A DNA stretch of 64,000 nt from Takakia lepidozioides (lineage: Eukaryota; Plantae; Bryophyta). Positions 60,218 through 64,000 of the stretch are shown one piece after another. A program made the position numbers and the translations under genes. Under the pieces are notes generated by a model, which was given only the letters and a program-made list of their open reading frames with translations, searched no databases and was not told where the DNA came from. Position 1 is the first letter of the stretch. The number at the start of each line of letters is the position of its first letter. The stretch covers positions 16,182,001 to 16,246,000 of the forward strand of contig CM060732.1 in assembly GCA_030704615.1 (NCBI GenBank), written 5' to 3'.

Positions 60218-63200
60218 ATGTTTGAATCCCCCAACTTGGGGCGAGAGGGCAAACTTAAACCTTTTGTTGGTGAACGGGAGGACCTGCAGCGAGAGTACGA
60301 CAAAATAGGCATTGGGGAGATTGGTGCAAGCGGCATGGCAGGTGAAGGGCGTGAGGACGTGAGGACAGCAGATCCGGCAATGGAGGTTGTTGATGCACAT
60401 GCAGTAGGGCCTGCCCACGCAAAGAAGAAGAAGAAAGCTAAGCACATGCAATCCCCGGCGAGAGAGCCGTCACGGGCTGCGGAGGGGGAGTGAGCAGTGC
60501 GCGCGAGGGTGTCAGTTCGCCTCAATCAAAGGTGGTCGTCCTGGAGGGCTCCCCTGCTGCTAGCCCTAGTAAGAAACAGAAAGCCCGTGAGAGGGCAAAA
60601 GAGAGGGCAAAAGAACAGGCAAGACAGAATGCTAGCCAGGAGGAAAGAGAAAAGGCCACTGAAGAGGCCAGGGGTGCCCAAACGACAGATGTCAATGTAA
60701 GCGAGGGACGCACAAAGACAGTGGATCCCTCCAAGACACCACAAAGAGGCAGTAACACACCGGTTAGACCATCGCCGGCAAGAGCAGCCCCTGCAATTAC
60801 CCATACGGTGGAGAGTGGAGGAGAGGAAAGAACACCAGAAAGAGCACGGATTGTGCCAGTTCGAGGTGAAGCCGGGGAGAGGGCACTACAGACGGGGAGA
60901 GTGCTCGAGGTGGTTTTGCCGGTGGCTGACCATGTTGAGGAGGACGACAGGGAGCTTTCTGACCAGGATGATGACATCCTCCGGACATCCCCAGGCCCCA
61001 AACCCGCAGCATACAGGCTGGATTTGGCGATCCTGGTGGGCTGCCGGAGAACCCCTCTGCAGCAGACGTCATGTCGGAGGCGGATATGAAGTTGGCCGCT
61101 GCCAAGATGTTAGAGGCAACCCACAGCAACATTGGCAGGGTGCTGGGGGGCATGGTGTACCCGGCCAAGCTTTGGATTCCCCTTTGCCGCTTGGTGTCAT
61201 TGTAGGTGGTGAGACTTGCCCTCCCAGGCGATATCGACAAGCTGAAATTCTCTTTCCGGGATGGATATCGAATGGGGTCTGCCGCGTTTAACGTTTCCAT
61301 TGAGAACGACCACGGAGCTTCCCGTGCCCACACTTCCGATGAGGTGGACAAATGGGGTCCCCATTGGCAAAGGCGAAATGAGGAGTTCGAGAGAACGATT
61401 GCTACTGATCCTCTTTTCCAGCACTTGTCCGGTAAGATGTTTTACGTGTGGGACAGCAATCATCGCCTCCTGGCATGGATGGAGCACATAGCCGAAGCCC
61501 ACCCTAACGACCTCGATTGGCATTTCGCCGTGGAGTGTGTTGTGCTGAAGGTTGCGGGGCCCAAAGATCGCAGTCTTCTCAAAGCTGCAATGGCGGACAT
61601 CAACTCGTAAGTTACAACGCCTCTTGCTTTTGGACCCATCCGATTGTAAGTCATTTCATTGCGAATCCTCATATTTGTTGAAAATTCCCATTTCAGTATT
61701 GTTTGATGGAAATGTGGCATTGCAGGGTGACTGAGAATGCCTTCATTGCCACCAACTTGTCCCATATGCTCTTCCGAGTGAAGGATGTCGGGAAGCAGGG
61801 GTGCAAGAGTTTGCCAATTCGCTCAGTGCCGACCTCCTACGCAAGTCGGAAGCAAAGGCAGACAGAACCTGGTATAGGCTGAGCATGGACGCCATGGTGG
61901 ACTACATATTTCGGGTAAAGCTCCTCACTGTTTTGTTGAGCTAATGTGTCTCTCCTCCCCCAATAGAAGAAAAAGTGTTGAGCAGGATCTCTAATCTTAT
62001 GTGCGCATTCTTGACAGACGAAAATTCAGCAGGATTTGGCACATGCGCGGAGGTTCTACATGGAGTCAGAGGAGAAGAATCTAACCCTCCCGGCACTCGA
62101 ATCATATCTCAAAGCTGCGGAGGCCATGGCCTTCTGTACAGGTACATACGCGATGCCTTCCTTTCAAGTCCTTGCATTTCAGGATGTTAGAGGCCTCATG
62201 TGGCGCATGAAAATTGGTCTTTGGGAAAATGGCGCCGAATTTCCAGTTCAGGGCTCCGAAAATGGCTAAGTCCCTAGGGTGCCTGGCCCTGAACTGGAAA
62301 TTCGGCGCCATTTTTCCAGTTCAAGGCCATATTACCGTTCTGGGACTTAGCCATTTTCGGGCCGGAAATGGGAAAATGGCGACGAATTTCCAGTTCAGGG
62401 CTCCGAAAATGGCTAAGTCCCTAGGGCGGCTGGCCCTAAACTGGAAATTCGGCGCCATTTTTCCAGTTCTAGGCCCTATTACCGTTCTGGGACAGCCATT
62501 TTCAGGCGGGAAATGGGAAAATGGCGTCGAATTTCCAATTCATGGCTCCGAAAATGGCTAAGTCCCTAGGGTGGCTGGCCCTGAACTGGAAATTCGGCGC
62601 CATTTTTCCAGTTCTAGGCCCTATTACCGTTCTAGGACTTAGCCATTTTCGGGCCGGACCAGGGAAAATGGCGCCGAATTTCCAGTTCAGGGCTCCGAAA
62701 ATGGCTAAGTCCCTAGGGTGGCTAGCACAAAAATCCGAAATTCGGTGCCATTTTTTGAGTTTTAGGCCCTGACAGTCTTGGAACTTAGCCATTTTCGGGC
62801 CAACCGGGAAAAATGGCGCCGAATTTCCAGTTCCGGGCTCCCAAGATGGCTAAGTCCCTAGGGTGGCAGTCACCGAAAACCGAAATTCGGCGCCATTTTC
62901 CATTTCTAGGCCCAGTCAGATCCGCCCCAACCTGGGAAAATGGTGCCAAATTTGCAGTTCAGGGATCTCATTGTGTTTTTCATGAATGCAGGTATTGCAA
63001 GTTCTCCCTTTTGGAGAAAGGTCATCTGTCTTTCGAGCCACAATTCTTCTCCTGGATGGAGGAACCGTGGGGCTGACTCCATGTACACTGACGATATTGT
63101 GAAGGAGTGGCATCTGGAACATTTGCGTGATTGCCCTTGGTATGTGGACCTTCCGCCCGGCTCGCTCGACCCATCCGAGTTTCAATTGAAGCTGGATGAT

Positions 63201-64000
63201 GAGGCCCGATGAAACTAGGCTCCGCTGCCTCCGCTGGATGCAAAAGAGGCAAAAGCGCTTGCGAACTCCAGGAAAGCGGCAGAGCTTGCTCAGGCAGGAA
63301 TTCAGGAGAAATTGAATGAGAAGAATAAAGGCCAAAGGAAAAGGACAAGGAAACAGGTGAGTACAGTAACACCCAAAAAACAGAAAACCATCGGGGCATC
63401 GGAGGAGGCGCAGGAGGGGACCAAGGGAGTGACTCGGACGACGACTTTGTTCAAGGTCCTGCGACTGCTGTTGCTGCTACCAAGTCACCGGTCGTCCGGG
63501 TTCTCAAGTCAGTTCGGAGTGGGACTGGCTCTACCAAGAAGTTGGCATTTGAGGGCGAGCCTACACGGCGGTATTCGGCGGTGACGTTTACGCACAGGCC
63601 AAAGCTAGAACCTCCAACCATCATCCAATGCGTCAATGAGAGCTTCCTTGACGCTCTCGCTGCCAGGGCAAAGAAGGTGGCACACAACAAGTCTCTGGCG
63701 GAGCAGAAGGGGAAAGCCCATAAGAGGGCTGCCGGTACAGAGCCTAAAGACACCCCTGGTTTTGAAGCCGTGATGGAATTCACGGCTGTGAGCACGGATT
63801 GCAAGAGCACTCGGGGGGGGGGGGTTGAGGTGAAGAGAGCTTGCAATATGATTCTCCTCGACATTCCAGATGGGGAGCTGCTGGAGGGCCTGGATGGTGT
63901 GCCCACTTGGAACAGGTTTACTGAGGACCACTGGAAAGCCGGGTTTGGGCTGGCGGGATGCTCCTGATGACGTGGATGATTGTGGTTGTCCTTGCCACAG
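60218..64000 (+). pseudogene. Multi-exon ParB/Srx-like + beta-class MTase-like fusion gene (copy B), runs off the window end
   Basis: Low-complexity basic N-terminus with KKKKK, IPLCRLVSL*VVRLAL..DIDKLK..F..GY, KMFYVWDSNHRLLAWM (61206-61610), TWYRLSMDAMVDYIF, RDCPWYVDLP, MILLDIPDG...PTWN (63850-63915); intron positions shared with copy C. Confidence 0.8.
62225..62965. repeat. ~146-bp tandem array (~5 units) built from interleaved inverted repeats, in an intron of ParB-MTase copy B
   Basis: Unit starts at ~62226, 62373, 62518, 62665, 62810, 62937; A=AAAATGGCGCCGAATTTCCAGTTCAGGGC, B=CCGAAAATGGCTAAGTCCC, followed by their reverse complements A' and B'. Confidence 0.92.

Larger units (their letters stand above)
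55210..64000. mobile_element. Element B: Mutator-like transposon carrying divergently oriented transposase and ParB-MTase genes; continues beyond the window
   Basis: Terminus GAGGTTAGCTATTTCATGAGC + ATGAGCGGC repeats; AAAATGGCGCCGAATTT motif in the subterminal region, near the transposase and in the ParB-MTase intron; a 28-bp identical segment at 55670-55697 and 62292-62319. Confidence 0.78.

Noticed and set aside
62102-62900. ORFs with repeated MAPNFQFRAPK / WKFGAIFP peptides (also 55329-55873 and 36904-37446)
   Set aside because: These are translations of DNA repeats that are open on both strands; no evidence of coding function.
62225-62965. CRISPR-like array (also considered for 5772-6545)
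   Set aside because: The intervening sequences are themselves repeated rather than unique spacers, there are no cas genes, and the context is a eukaryotic intron.
1-64000. tRNA/rRNA genes
   Set aside because: None recognised by eye; a tRNAscan-SE/Infernal run would be needed to exclude them.

Overview
Eukaryotic nuclear DNA, most likely from a non-seed land plant (GT-AG introns, a thylakoid-lumen gene, PLS-type PPR fragment); the species cannot be determined. A gene island on the minus strand (TL20.3-like pentapeptide-repeat gene, NOC2) at ~15-33 kb is flanked by nested, mostly decayed transposons: Ty3/Gypsy elements, an APE-RT LINE family associated with (TC)n tracts, RLE-type LINE fragments and a TA-flanked MITE. 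The main discovery is an apparent family of large Mutator-like DNA transposons (GCM-like zinc finger + MULE DDE + SWIM transposase) carrying an intron-containing gene for a ParB/Srx-like domain fused to a beta-class N4C/N6A DNA methyltransferase-like domain. The window holds three diverged copies of the ParB/MTase-type gene (one lacking the ParB part) and two transposase copies. Three of the four element segments are seeded with their own CG-containing palindromic motif in non-coding DNA, suggesting a self-targeting epigenetic module (parS-like or VANC-like). All copies here look pseudogenised. All calls are by eye, without database searches, and exon and element boundaries are approximate.
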